A program made the translations under genes and the position numbers. Shown piece after piece: positions 1-9,860 of a DNA stretch of 32,587 nt. How positions within the stretch are numbered: position 1 is the first letter of the stretch; every line of letters starts with the position of its first letter. Source of the DNA: Octopus bimaculoides (Eukaryota); the NCBI RefSeq assembly GCF_001194135.2, contig NC_069005.1, positions 19,818,032 to 19,850,618 on the forward strand. The letters run 5' to 3'. The notes under the pieces were generated by a model. It had not been told where the DNA came from, did no database searches, and saw only the letters and a list, made by a program, of their open reading frames with translations.

Positions 1-89
1 TTCTCCAACATACTGAAAATTTAGAAATAGCAGTCAAAGAACTACTGATTCCAAACTACAAATTTTTCTCTGTTTTCTGTCAATTATAT

Positions 90-163
90 ATACCATACCT
101 GTTTTCTGTCAATTATATATATATATATATATATATATAATTGACAGAAAACAGGTATGGTAT
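90..163. repeat. Perfect palindrome: 25-bp unique arms around (TA)n
   Basis: ataccatacctgttttctgtcaatt-(TA)n-aattgacagaaaacaggtatggtat, with a further direct copy of tgttttctgtcaattatata at about 70-90. Confidence 0.9.
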
Positions 164-300
164 TCACTGGTTTCAGAACATACACATATTTCAGCAAAAT
201 GCTAAAACAATTGCTTTACAGTTGTAGAGAACATTATGCTATCATGCACTACACCTCATCAGTGTCCTGCCATAAATATTTGTATTGATATTTATTGCAG

Positions 301-352
301 AATGCTGACGGGATAAAGTGCAAGATTGCATGCTGTTTCAACAACTCTTATG
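301..352 (+). CDS. Weak candidate exon (phase 0/1): NADGIKCKIACCFNNSY
   Basis: Good acceptor gatatttattgcAG (299-300), only one frame open, donor TG|GTATTA at 353. Phase-compatible with 466-517. No homology recognised. Confidence 0.2.
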
Positions 353-465
353 GTATTATTACTGTGTTTTGATGAAAAACATGTATGTTCTATAAAGCAG
401 TGTATACCATTCCTGTATTTTGTTAATTATTATTTCTATTATTTGGCTTGCATTCGACACTTTAG

Positions 466-517
466 CCTTTCATGAGGTTGATGCCCCTCACCATGCTACA
501 CTGGATGTTGAAGTGGA
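466..517 (+). CDS. Weak candidate exon (phase 1/2): (A)FHEVDAPHHATLDVEV(E)
   Basis: Acceptor after a long T-rich tract (gacactttAG, 464-465). Donor GA|GTGTGG is weak. Phases would link 301-352 to 1359-1586. Confidence 0.18.
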
Positions 518-723
518 GTGTGGAAGCCACTACTGAAACTAAGCCCTTGTTATGTGTTGCTCTTCATAGTGCCTATCTTTCGCCATATGTGTATATTGTA
601 TGTGTGTGTGTGTTTGTTTTTGTTTTCAAAATTTCTCAATGCTTTCATTAAGATACTCCCTCATTATTATCATCATCATCATCATTATTATTATTATTAT
701 TATTATTATTGTTGTTTTGTATC

Positions 724-921
724 ATTAAAGCATTGGATGAAATGCCTTGTGATATTTTGTTCTGGCTCTTTGCATTTTGAGTTCAAATCCCATGAAGGCC
801 ACCTTTGCCTTCTGTTCCTTCCAAGTTTAATAAAATAAAGTACCAGTCAAGTACTGAGGTCAACTTAATTGACTAACCTTCTCTCTCTTCAATTTATGAT
901 ATTTTGCCTATGTTAGAAGCA

Positions 922-925
<4 letters not shown>
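724..925 (+). mobile_element. tRNA-derived SINE family 1, diverged 5'-eroded copy
   Basis: B-box-like gagttcaaatcc, body tttgccttc...aataaaataaagtaccagt, (TAT)n tail. Aligns by eye to 951-1168. Confidence 0.75.
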
Positions 926-950
<25 letters not shown>

Positions 951-953
<3 letters not shown>

Positions 954-1168
954 GATGGCGAGCCAGCAGAATTGTTAGCACACTGGGCAAAATACTGAGC
1001 AGTGTTTCGTCCATCTTTACATTCTGAGTTCAAATGCCACTGAGGTCAACTTTACCCTTCCTCCTTTTGGGGTCGATAAAATAAGTACCAGTTGGTTACT
1101 GGGGTCGATGTAATCGACTTATCCCCTCCCCTGAACTTGCTGGCCTTGTGCCAAAATTCAAAACCATT
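951..1168 (+). mobile_element. tRNA-derived SINE family 1, full-length copy
   Basis: Head taagatggcgagccagcagaattgttagc (A-box-like), B-box gagttcaaatgcc, body ggggtcgataaaataagtaccagt, tail gctggccttgtgccaaaatt followed by (TAT)/(TTG)n. Seven or more homologues in the window. Confidence 0.9.
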
Positions 1169-1172
1169 GTTT

Positions 1173-1188
1173 ATTATTATTATTTTTA

Positions 1189-1223
<35 letters not shown>

Positions 1224-1300
1224 GTTGTTGTTGTTATTATTTTTGTTGTTGTTGTTGGTGGTGGTATTGTTGTTGTTGTTGCTGCTGTTGTTGTTGTGAT
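1173..1300. repeat. Compound trinucleotide microsatellite (TAT)n-(TTG)n-(GGT/GCT)
   Basis: Directly visible; SINE tail expansion. Confidence 0.95.
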
Positions 1301-1358
1301 GTTATAGCTCACATTTTAGCACTGTCATCGCCAAGTGACTGTCTTATTTTCTCACTAG

Positions 1359-1586
1359 GGGGCACTCTGTCCCTGATTCCCAGCGTCGCTTTGTGCATGA
1401 ATCTTCACCAATACCTGTGATTGTAATCTCCGAACCAGCCTCTGTCTCAGAGGAGACTGGCCACCGCCAGCCACCGTTGCCGTCGCCACCACTACCTATG
1501 CCACCATCATATTCAGCGTCAGTAGGCAAGGATCCCTATGAAGACCCACGTCAGACTGGGGCTACCACCCAGATGTCATCGACGAC
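1359..1586 (+). CDS. Probable internal coding exon (228 nt, phase 2/2) of an unidentified proline-rich protein: GHSVPDSQRRFVHESSPIPVIVISEPASVSEETGHRQPPLPSPPLPMPPSYSASVGKDPYEDPRQTGATTQMSST
   Basis: Acceptor tcttattttctcactAG (1357-1358) with an in-frame TGA just upstream (1336-1338). Donor gac|GTTAGT at 1587. About 11 CpG in 228 nt in a CpG-poor background, non-microsatellite composition, open frame (ORF 1393..1632). It could instead run on to the stop at 1630-1632 as a terminal exon. Confidence 0.6.
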
Positions 1587-1739
1587 GTTAGTACACATGG
1601 GTTCCTCTTGTCTCACTAACTGTTTCACTTGAATAACCCTTACGGAACTCTATCTGCGCCAAAGCTGCTCTTTATTGCTACATATCACTTCTTGTTTACT
1701 TACTCACTGCACCTCTTTTGGGTTGAAATGTTACGTAGA

Positions 1740-1775
<36 letters not shown>

Positions 1776-1974
1776 ATGGAATTTGACTTACTACTCTCTG
1801 ATTTATTTGCAAAGAGTAGTCTTTTGGTGAATTCGCAGCATTAACTTCTTTCTTTCTTTCTTTCTCTCTCTCTCTCTCCTATGCACTTTACTAACTTAGT
1901 ATTAACTTATTCGTACCTATATATCTTTCTGTCAATATATCTATTTTCTACACACCTATCTATGTAACTCACTG

Positions 1975-2125
1975 TCTATCCATGTTTCTGTCTGTCTCTG
2001 TCTGTCTATCAGTCTATCTATCTTTTTACCTATCTATCTATCTATCTGTATACCTACCTACCCTCTCTCTTTGTCTATATATCTATTTATCTACCTACCT
2101 ACCTACCTACCTACCTACCTACCTG
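1975..2125. repeat. Compound (TCTA)n/(TACC)n microsatellite
   Basis: Directly visible. Confidence 0.95.
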
Positions 2126-2772
2126 GGTTACTGGTCCCTAGAAATGCAGTCAGGCCACTTAGAATAAAACCCTCGAGGTCCTGGGTGGGAATGCTAATAT
2201 ATTTTATTAAAACTTATCTATCCAACAAGATACATCTTTGGATGAGCCAAAGCCAAAATATCAACATAAGTTGGCTGATTTGCTCTAAGAATGTTCACCC
2301 ACCATGTGACAAGGATATGGCTTTAATCCCTCTGTCCACTGCCAATTTTACATCCTGGTATCAGTGCTCCAGTATGACAACAAACCCATTCGATGGATTA
2401 GGATTAGTAAAACAGAATCATGTAAGTTGTTGAGATGGTGTATCATTTCTGTTTGTCTGTCTGCCTCTCTCTCTCTCTCTCTCTCTCATCTATTCGTTTC
2501 TCTCTATCACTCTCTCTGTCTCTCATCTACTCGTTTCTCTCTATCACTCTCTGTCTCTCTTTCTCTTTCTCACACTCTCTTTCTCTCCCTCTTTCTCTTT
2601 CATGGCATTTCATCCAAAATGTTAGTTTACTTTAAATTCTTAATCTTGTTCTCATGTGTTGGTAAAAGGCTAATGTTGTTACCGCCATATTTAGTAGTTT
2701 TTCAAAGTCTAGTAGAAATAGCAGTTGAAAGTCTAGTAGTAGTAATTGTAGAAGTTTTTTTATCATCATTAT

Positions 2773-2970
2773 TAAGGCTGTGAGCTAGCAAAATCATTAG
2801 CATGCTTAATCACCCATTGCTGCATTCTGAGTTCAAATTCTGCCAAGGTGAACTTTGCCTTTCATCCTTTCTGGGTTGATACATTAAGTACCAGTGAACC
2901 AGTGGGGTTGATGTAATCGACTATTCCTCTCCCCACAAATTTCAGGCCTTGTGCCTTTAATAGAAAGGAT
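2773..2970 (+). mobile_element. SINE family 1 copy (tttcaggccttgtgcctttaatagaaagg tail subfamily)
   Basis: Same head, B-box and body as 951-1168; (TAT)n tail. Confidence 0.88.
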
Positions 2971-3015
2971 TATTATTATTAAATTTATTTATTTGTATTG
3001 TTGTTGTTATTATTT

Positions 3016-3232
3016 AAAGGTGGCAAGATGGCAGAATCATTAGCATGTTGGGCAAAATGCTTAGTGGCATTTTGTCTGTCTTTACATTCTGAGTTAAAAT
3101 TCTGCCGAAGTGGACTTTGCCTTTCATTCTTTCAGGGTCGATAAATTAAGTACCATTGAATCACTGGGTTCGATGTAATCAACTAGTCCCCTCCTCCAAA
3201 ATTTCAGGCCTTGAGCCTTTATTTGAAAGGAT
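3016..3232 (+). mobile_element. SINE family 1 copy, directly downstream of the previous copy's tail
   Basis: taaaggtggcaagatggcagaatcattagc...cagggtcgataaattaagtacc...gaaaggattgttattgttg. Confidence 0.9.
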
Positions 3233-3251
3233 TGTTATTGTTGTTGTTGTT

Positions 3252-3719
3252 TGAGTGACAGGGCAGCACATGCCATCATAGTGGCACTGGGGTAAAATAT
3301 ACGAAGCCCAGTATACCCATCATGGCTACCCGTCTGATAAGGGTACACCAGGCACATGCATCACATCCATACGTGCACAACACATTGATCTCATATCAAG
3401 ATAAACAGGACATGACTTTGCAGGTGGGGCCCAGTTAATATTTTCTTCAGGTCAAGTAGCCCATCCTGCTCAAAAGATCCTTGAATAAGGGTTGTTTAAG
3501 GATGTTGAATGAAACACCCATGTTTCCAAAGGTGAATTTTCCAAACCCCAAAGAATTCCTCACAACTACTTCTGCTCATGATCAGAGATGCACATATCGT
3601 CAGTCACCAAGGGACATGCTCAGCTGGTTATGGTCAGACAACTGAGAAGCAAATCTGTGGTACTGAGCAGAATATTTGTTGTAGGCCATCTTTTATACCA
3701 AGACAAAACAATGTACATG

Positions 3720-3720
<1 letters not shown>
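3252..3720 (+). mobile_element. Unclassified interspersed repeat (probable retroposon 3' part ending in a (TAT)n tail)
   Basis: Complex-sequence block between a SINE tail and a long (TAT)n run. A short homologous stretch caggtcaagtagcc recurs near 23614. It resembles a repeat I recall from octopus DNA. Confidence 0.35.
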
Positions 3721-3807
<87 letters not shown>

Positions 3808-3830
3808 TCATCATCATCATTATTAATAAA
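3719..3830. repeat. Compound (TAT)n-(TAG)n-(CAT)n microsatellite
   Basis: Directly visible. Confidence 0.95.
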
Positions 3831-4270
3831 TAGTATTTGACGTAAGTTTCAGAAATGCTAAATGCCAGCAATGAATAAATAAATAAATAAATGCAAAAAC
3901 AATCCAACAAAACAAGTGATCACAGTGTTGCTGCTATTACTACTACTATTGGTGGTTCCAGTAGTTGTATTAGTAACGATGATAACACAATCAGATCCAC
4001 CAGTTTATTATTACTACTACTTCTACCTTTAAAGGATAGTGGATTGGTAGGATGAGTAGAGCAATATACAAAATACTTTGTACTATTTGTTCTAAACTCA
4101 ACTCTTGGCAAGATCAACATTGGTTAAAATAAAGTACTTGTTATATACTGGAGGATGATTTAATTGACTGTTCCAGAAATGGGGATATCTGCATTTTTAA
4201 GGCCACGTGTTGCTTCCTTGGCAGAAGTATAACTTGCAAGAATGTATTTTTAATGCATTATTAATATTAT

Positions 4271-4498
4271 TTAACCCTTTAGCATTCAGATTATGTTGTC
4301 AAATGTAATGTTTATTTATTCACATTGTTTAGAATTAATCATGCATTATCTCATAGCTTTGAGATTTCAATTATGGGATTGTTTATTCTGAGAATTACAT
4401 TGTATAGTAGGCGTGAGAGGCCAAATATGGTCAGTATGAATATAAAACAGGTAGGATATTTGGGTCAGATATGGCTGGTTTAAATGCTAAAGGGTTAA
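4271..4498. mobile_element. piggyBac-type MITE family A (220 bp) with TTAA target duplications
   Basis: TTAA-CCCTTTAGCATT...AATGCTAAAGGG-TTAA: perfect 12-bp TIR. TTAA TSD and CCC/GGG ends are hallmarks of piggyBac elements. Confidence 0.9.
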
Positions 4499-5190
4499 CC
4501 CTTTTGTTGCCAATCCTGTTTGAGAAAGCTCTTGGTTCTATGATATAAACTTCCTGGCTATAGAGAGTCTGCTTCAGGGAAGACTGTTTTACTCATGCAA
4601 GGATGGAATACTGAACTTATGAAAGCATGGAGAACAATTATGATAGATTTGCATTTTGCTGTCTTGGGAGAGACAAAAAAAAGAAATAGTTTTCAATGTT
4701 TCTGTCATATTATTAGAGTCAGTTTATAATTTGGAGTAAATATTTTGTGCCTTGTTTTATGAGGTTTCTCAGGTTTCATCATTCGTACAACAATTTAGCA
4801 CCTCTTTACAGCATAGAATGCCCAAGATTGCACAAATCAACCTTTGGTTTTATGGTACAGACTTTCTGTTTTAGAGTGATCTAAGAACTTCCCATCAAAA
4901 GTTCATAGTAATTCATGTTCTAAAGCCCTGCCTGATGATTATAAAATTATTTTGCTATGCTCTTCATTAGTTTCAAAATTAATTAAAACAGAGGTAGTGT
5001 AATTCAACAGAAATATAGGATTAAAGTAATCTAAATGAAATCTCCCTATTAAAATTTCATGATAATTTATGTTCCTCAGACAAACTTAATGACATAGAAG
5101 CTTTTTTTTTTTACACTAAATTCTTCATTATTTTCAAAATTAATTGAAACACAGTAAATTTCAACAGAAATATAGTAATGAAAGGATTAA
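4495..5190 (-). mobile_element. piggyBac-type MITE family B, nested pair in minus orientation
   Basis: TTAA-CCCTTTTGTTGCC end at 4495. Segments about 4835-5024 and 5021-5190 are reverse-complement homologues of 5451-5678. Confidence 0.7.
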
Positions 5191-5288
5191 AGTCTATCTT
5201 TTCTACTAATTTTGAATTTTAAACATTCCAGTTTATATTTCTTTATCTACTCTTGTAATTACTTGTTTGAAGTAATTACACTTGGAAG

Positions 5289-5690
5289 TAATCTTTTAAT
5301 TACCATATTTCTGTTGCAATACATGACCTTTGTTTCAATTAATTTTGAAAATAAGCAAGAATTTAGTAAAATAACTTCATCACTATTAAGCTGGTTTTTG
5401 GAACATAAATTAGCATGAAATTTTCATGGAATGTTTTAATTTACATCACTTTAACCCTTTTACTACCATATTTCTTTTAAAATACACTGCCTTTATATCG
5501 ATAATTTCAAAAATATCAAAGAATTTAGTAAAATAACTTTGTCTCTATTAAGCTGTTTGGAACATAAATTATCATGTAATTTTGAAGGAAGGTCTTCAAC
5601 TCAGATCAGTTTAAAACACGAAGTTTGTATCATAAAACCAAGAGTTGGTCTCAGGTATAATTGGTGTTGATAAGTTAAAACAGATATATG
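5289..5690 (+). mobile_element. piggyBac-type MITE family B, nested pair in plus orientation
   Basis: Outer copy starts at about 5289 (taatcttttaattaccatatttctgttg). Inner copy 5451-5678 is bounded by TTAA at both ends, and outer sequence resumes as aacag after 5678. Confidence 0.75.
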
Positions 5691-6059
5691 AAGAAATTAT
5701 TTTAAAAAAATATAACAAAATGCAGCAAAAAGTGATGGTGGGGGTGCCAATTCTAAAATTTCAGCTTCTTTGTTTTACATTTTGTTAGAGAGTTTTTAGC
5801 AGCAAAAAATTATGTTTTTGTTTTGAAGTATGGCCTTGATAGATGGTAGTTAACTTGAATGGCTCTTTGCCTCTTGGGTGACTCTTCTCCTCCAAATTGT
5901 GGCCCTGTGCCTATGTTAAAAACAGTGGTAGGTAGTTAGATGTTGTGGTAACTGTAGTTGTGTAACAATAAAATGTATAGTTATATTATTGTGGTGGGGA
6001 AAGCACCTGCACAAATAATCTCTTGGTTATATTGTCATCATCATTGTCATCATCAACAT

Positions 6060-6270
6060 TATCATCATCATTATTTAACACCACTTTTTTTCATGCTGGC
6101 ATGGGTTGGATGGTTTGATTGAAGTTGGTGAACCAGAGAGCGGTACTGAGCTCCAGTGTCTTCTTTGGTATGCTTCCTAAGGATTTGATGCCCTTCCTAA
6201 TGCCAGCCACTTTAGAGAGTGAACTGTGTGGTCTTCTTGTGGCACCAGCACAAAGAGGTCACCAAGTACT
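6060..6270 (-). mobile_element. Retroposon 3'-end family with (GAT)n tail, minus copy
   Basis: Reverse complement of ...gcattaggaagggcatc...ccaacccatgccagcatgaaaa...gttaaataatgatgatgat. Homologous to 30398-30557. Confidence 0.8.
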
Positions 6271-6289
6271 CATATGTCAAGCTGTACAA

Positions 6290-6399
6290 GCCATACCAAA
6301 GTAGACCTTGGAGTTTAGTGCAGTCTTGTGGCTCATCAGTTCCCGTCAAATGTCCAACCCATACCAGCATAAAAAAAGATATTGAAGGATGATGATGAT

Positions 6400-6400
<1 letters not shown>
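6290..6400 (+). mobile_element. Same (GAT)n-tail family, plus copy (inverted relative to 6060-6270)
   Basis: ccataccaaagtagacc...tgtccaacccataccagcataaaaaaagatattgaaggatgatgatgat. Confidence 0.75.
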
Positions 6401-6436
<36 letters not shown>

Positions 6437-6464
6437 ACACACTCACACACCATTTTTTGATATT

Positions 6465-6661
6465 TTGTCAATTAAACTCATGCACTATATACTTGGTCTT
6501 TGCTTCAGTTTTATTATTATTGTTATTATTAGTATTAGTTTCTTTGTCAAAGCTCTTTCGTCACGTCCTATGACTTCACCAGTGACTCTCTATTCCATGT
6601 CCCCTCTTGTTCTACTTATTCCAATGGAATAAAGAGCTTAGTCAAAGACACTAAAATAATG

Positions 6662-6709
<48 letters not shown>

Positions 6710-6758
6710 GTAAAGCTGAAGTGAAGACCAAATGTATAGTGCTTGTGTTTAATTGGCA

Positions 6759-6759
<1 letters not shown>
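6465..6759. mobile_element. Fold-back/MITE-like element with ~95-130 bp inverted arms, each containing a (TAT)n tract
   Basis: 6465-6557 (ttgtcaattaaactcatgcactatatacttggtctttgcttcag...aaagctctt) is the reverse complement of 6632-6759. This is also visible as near-identical peptides in ORFs 6382+ and 6651-. Confidence 0.8.
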
Positions 6760-6798
<39 letters not shown>

Positions 6799-7060
6799 TC
6801 AAATATTTGTCCATTGGGTAGCTTGCTTTCTAACACCAATAGCTACAATATCCGTGCTTGCCGCCCATGGTATCACTTGCTTGCCAACTGCAAGGCTTGT
6901 GCAGCTTTAAGTTATGTTTGCTCTGCTAGATGCTATATGAAATTTTATTTCATTTTATTTTGTATTTCTTTCTTTCTTTTTGTAAAAAGAAGGTGAAAAT
7001 ATATTATTGTTTTGAAATTTTTTTATTAATTTTATTGTTAGTGATGTTGCTGTTTTTCTT

Positions 7061-7415
7061 NNNNNNNNNNNNNNNNNNNNNNNNNNNNNNNNNNNNNNNN
7101 NNNNNNNNNNNNNNNNNNNNNNNNNNNNNNNNNNNNNNNNNNNNNNNNNNNNNNNNNNNNNNNNNNNNNNNNNNNNNNNNNNNNNNNNNNNNNNNNNNNN
7201 NNNNNNNNNNNNNNNNNNNNNNNNNNNNNNNNNNNNNNNNNNNNNNNNNNNNNNNNNNNNNNNNNNNNNNNNNNNNNNNNNNNNNNNNNNNNNNNNNNNN
7301 NNNNNNNNNNNNNNNNNNNNNNNNNNNNNNNNNNNNNNNNNNNNNNNNNNNNNNNNNNNNNNNNNNNNNNNNNNNNNNNNNNNNNNNNNNNNNNNNNNNN
7401 NNNNNNNNNNNNNNN
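7061..7415. other. Assembly gap (N run)
   Basis: Ns. Confidence 1.
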
Positions 7416-7453
<38 letters not shown>

Positions 7454-7705
7454 TAAAAGCAAAAAAAAGGGAGAATTATTATTTTTTTTTGCTTATTTTT
7501 TTAGTTTAAAATCTTAATCCCTTCCCTTTCACCTTCCATCATGGTAACTTTTATCAGATTTGAAACATGCTATCAACCCACCTCCCTCCTTCCATGTTAA
7601 CATAGAAGGAAAGATTCTCAACAACACTCACACACTTTGTCACATTCCTCCATATCACAATCTCACATTAAATCACAGATATTCCATTTTCCTATTTCAC
7701 CAGAC

Positions 7706-7770
7706 CAGCAGTTCCCAAACTCATTTCAGCAAGGAACCCATCATACGATTTTCCAAAACTTGCAGAACCC
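7706..7770 (+). mobile_element. Possible truncated hAT (Charlie-like) MITE left end
   Basis: CAGCAGTTCCCAAACT...gaaccc resembles the CAGTGGTTCCCAAAC termini of hAT non-autonomous elements. No right end found; it is cut near a SINE. Confidence 0.3.
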
Positions 7771-7807
7771 ATACTGATGTACAAACAATCTCTTGTGCCC
7801 TAATTTT

Positions 7808-8010
7808 GGTTTTAAATTTTGGCACAACACCAACAATTTTGGGTGAAGGTTCTAGTCGATTACATTGATTACTGTGTTCAACTGATGCTCATTGTATCAA
7901 CCCCAAGAGGATGAAAGGTAAAGTCAATCTTGGCAGAATTTGAACCCAGAACGTGAAGATGGATGAAATGCCATTAAGCACTTTGTCCAGCATATGAATG
8001 ATTCTGTAAG
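7808..8010 (-). mobile_element. SINE family 1 copy, minus strand
   Basis: Reverse complement of head/body/tail: ggatgaaaggtaaagtcaatcttggcagaatttgaacccagaacgt. Confidence 0.85.
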
Positions 8011-8299
8011 CTTGTCTTCACTAGCACCCTAATTTTTATTAAGAAGACTTGGATTGAAACAAAAACCGTTTTAGAGGGTGAATTTAGTTAAATATAGCAA
8101 AAATATTTAAACATACACCAAGAGTAATTTTAAAATGGTGAAGCTATGAACATCACCTCCTCTCCACTTTGTCTATAGAACCTGCTTCAGAACGGCAATG
8201 CTATCTCATGCTCTTGATGCACTAATACCATCTATTCATTTTACAGACATATGTCTGCCCATCAGTAATGAGGACCATTTTTAATCATTCTTAAGGATG

Positions 8300-8443
8300 A
8301 CTGATGACTTGCAGTGGCTTCGAGATTTCGATGATTTGATTGTTTTTTTTTTTCTAGAATGACATTGTGAGAGGCCAGGCCTGTCCAGTTTGAACATAAA
8401 ATATTTGGGCCAAATATGGCCAGTTTAAATGCTAGCAGGTTAA
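8300..8443. mobile_element. piggyBac-type MITE A, right-hand part only
   Basis: gagatttcgatg...gtgagaggcc...atatggccagtttaaatgctagcaggTTAA aligns to 4350-4498. Confidence 0.7.
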
Positions 8444-8724
8444 AGTAAAGAAGAGTTGTGCACTGACAACCTCACTGTTTTATTCATGACTGTCTTCAAT
8501 CCATTGGCAAGGCTACATTAAGACAATTAAGGATTGAGACAGATGCAGGAATGACCAAGATGTCTTGCTTTCTTCATTTTGCTCTCTGTACTCTACAATG
8601 CATTGCTGCAGCCACTTACCCCTCCATTGAAACATGAAGGTTTCTTCTGCAGTATCCACTGGATCCAGTTTCCACATGCATAGGGTGACAAGCCCCAATA
8701 TTCTAATTAATACATAGCTGGGAC

Positions 8725-8860
8725 CATGGCAAGTTCTACCCAGGTTAGAGTAGACCTGGGAACCACAGTGGCTAAAATGTGGTTCTACACTCCTCAAACT
8801 TTGGAACTGCTTAATCAGAGCCCTTCAACAAGATGTAGTTTAAAGTCATATCCACCCACA
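8725..8860 (+). repeat. Dispersed repeat fragment (second diverged copy at about 31745-31870)
   Basis: ctacccaggttagagtagacctgggaacc...gtttaaagtcatatcc versus ctactctgggtcagagtagccctgcgaac...gcttaagattataccc. Confidence 0.5.
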
Positions 8861-9324
8861 CACAAAATCTTTATAAACTGTTTTTTTTATAAAATAAATT
8901 TTATGTGGAACCCCAGAATTTTTTCAGACCTTACTTTGAGAATTCTTGGATTAGTTTATTTTGTGTGTGTGAGAGAGAGAGAGAGAGAGGAAGGAGAGTG
9001 TGTGAGAGGCATGGTACATGGAGAGAATGGGGTGGGTATCATTCAGAAGTAAATTCTATAGACTTGGGGCTGGATACAAGGCAACAATCCATAATTTTGG
9101 ATGGCCTGACCAAATTCTTGTGGCTTCACCACAATTCAGTGGTTATCCCCCTGTGAAGTGATGACCACAACACCTTGTCTCACTTCACAGGTTTATATGT
9201 GGGGTGAGACAGGATGTTGTTTGTTGACCAGTCTTGTAGCATCCATTGGTAATTTTTTTTTCTTCTTTTATCTAATAATTTCTGGTTATCTCTTCTGAGG
9301 AGTAAGTTGAGCTATCATCTAAAA

Positions 9325-9690
9325 CTTCTGGTGGTCACATTTGAAGATGATATTGTTATTTCTGGTGAAAGTGTTTTTAAAGTGCTTTGGATGCTGGTCT
9401 TGTTACTTCTAAATGGTCCCTTGTGAAGGAAAAGTTGACTTTAGCTGGTCAATTGTGAGAGAAAAATTACAGTATCTGATGGTCATTTTATATAAAGATA
9501 TTGTTCAGCTATTGGTCTTGTTACTTCTAAATGGATACTGGATTAGGGGCATTATCCATCTGATAATCATTTATGAAGTGTGAGTCAAGGATTCTAATGG
9601 TCTGTTGTAAAGGAAACGTCATTTTCTGATGGTCACTTACCCATGGGATGTTATGGTTTTTGATAGTCACTTGTAACAAGTTGTAATTCT
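9325..9690. repeat. Old degenerate ~33-bp minisatellite (tctgatggtcactt... unit)
   Basis: The motif tct(g/a)atggtc recurs near 9327, 9408, 9476, 9559, 9593, 9625 and 9659. An exact 22-bp duplicate tggtcttgttacttctaaatgg occurs at 9395 and 9513. Confidence 0.6.
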
Positions 9691-9860
9691 TCAGTAAACA
9701 TTTGGACCAGGCCTTTTATCTAAGGAATAAGTTTCTAGTTTTTCTCTCATGAATTTTTTGAGACTCTGTGAAAGGTCTTGGTTACTGTTCTTCTTCCTCT
9801 GAGTCAACCATTAAAAGCAAACAAGATGAAACAAAACAAAAACTATAAATTAATTAACAA

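Noticed and set aside
1052-1420. Poly-T/I/Y/C/V ORFs (also 3578-3910, 13848-14090 and all YI/CV/HT/SL-repeat ORFs)
   Set aside because: Translations of di- and trinucleotide microsatellites.
4557-4860. 8-bp TSD (ACTTCCTG/ACTTTCTG) suggesting a hAT insertion
   Set aside because: Both 8-mers are the same internal position of two MITE-B copies, not a target duplication.
5060-5085. Minus-strand CTGAGGA...GAAA hammerhead-like spacing (other CTGANGA hits were also checked)
   Set aside because: No helix II or III support, and it lies within a MITE-B copy.
6930-7517. Long ORFs spanning N runs (also around 15000-15790, 24330-24660, 25060-25760, 27120-28330, 28590-28940)
   Set aside because: Open only because Ns contain no stop codons; the flanks are microsatellite translations.
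8179-8264. Plus-strand exon after the strong acceptor ctccactttgtctatAG
   Set aside because: Weak donor, non-symmetric length, no coding-like composition.
8513-8797. Minus-strand ORF with a perfect GTAAGT donor near 8618
   Set aside because: No pyrimidine-rich acceptor upstream, the 5' part of the ORF overlaps a dispersed repeat, and no recognisable homology.
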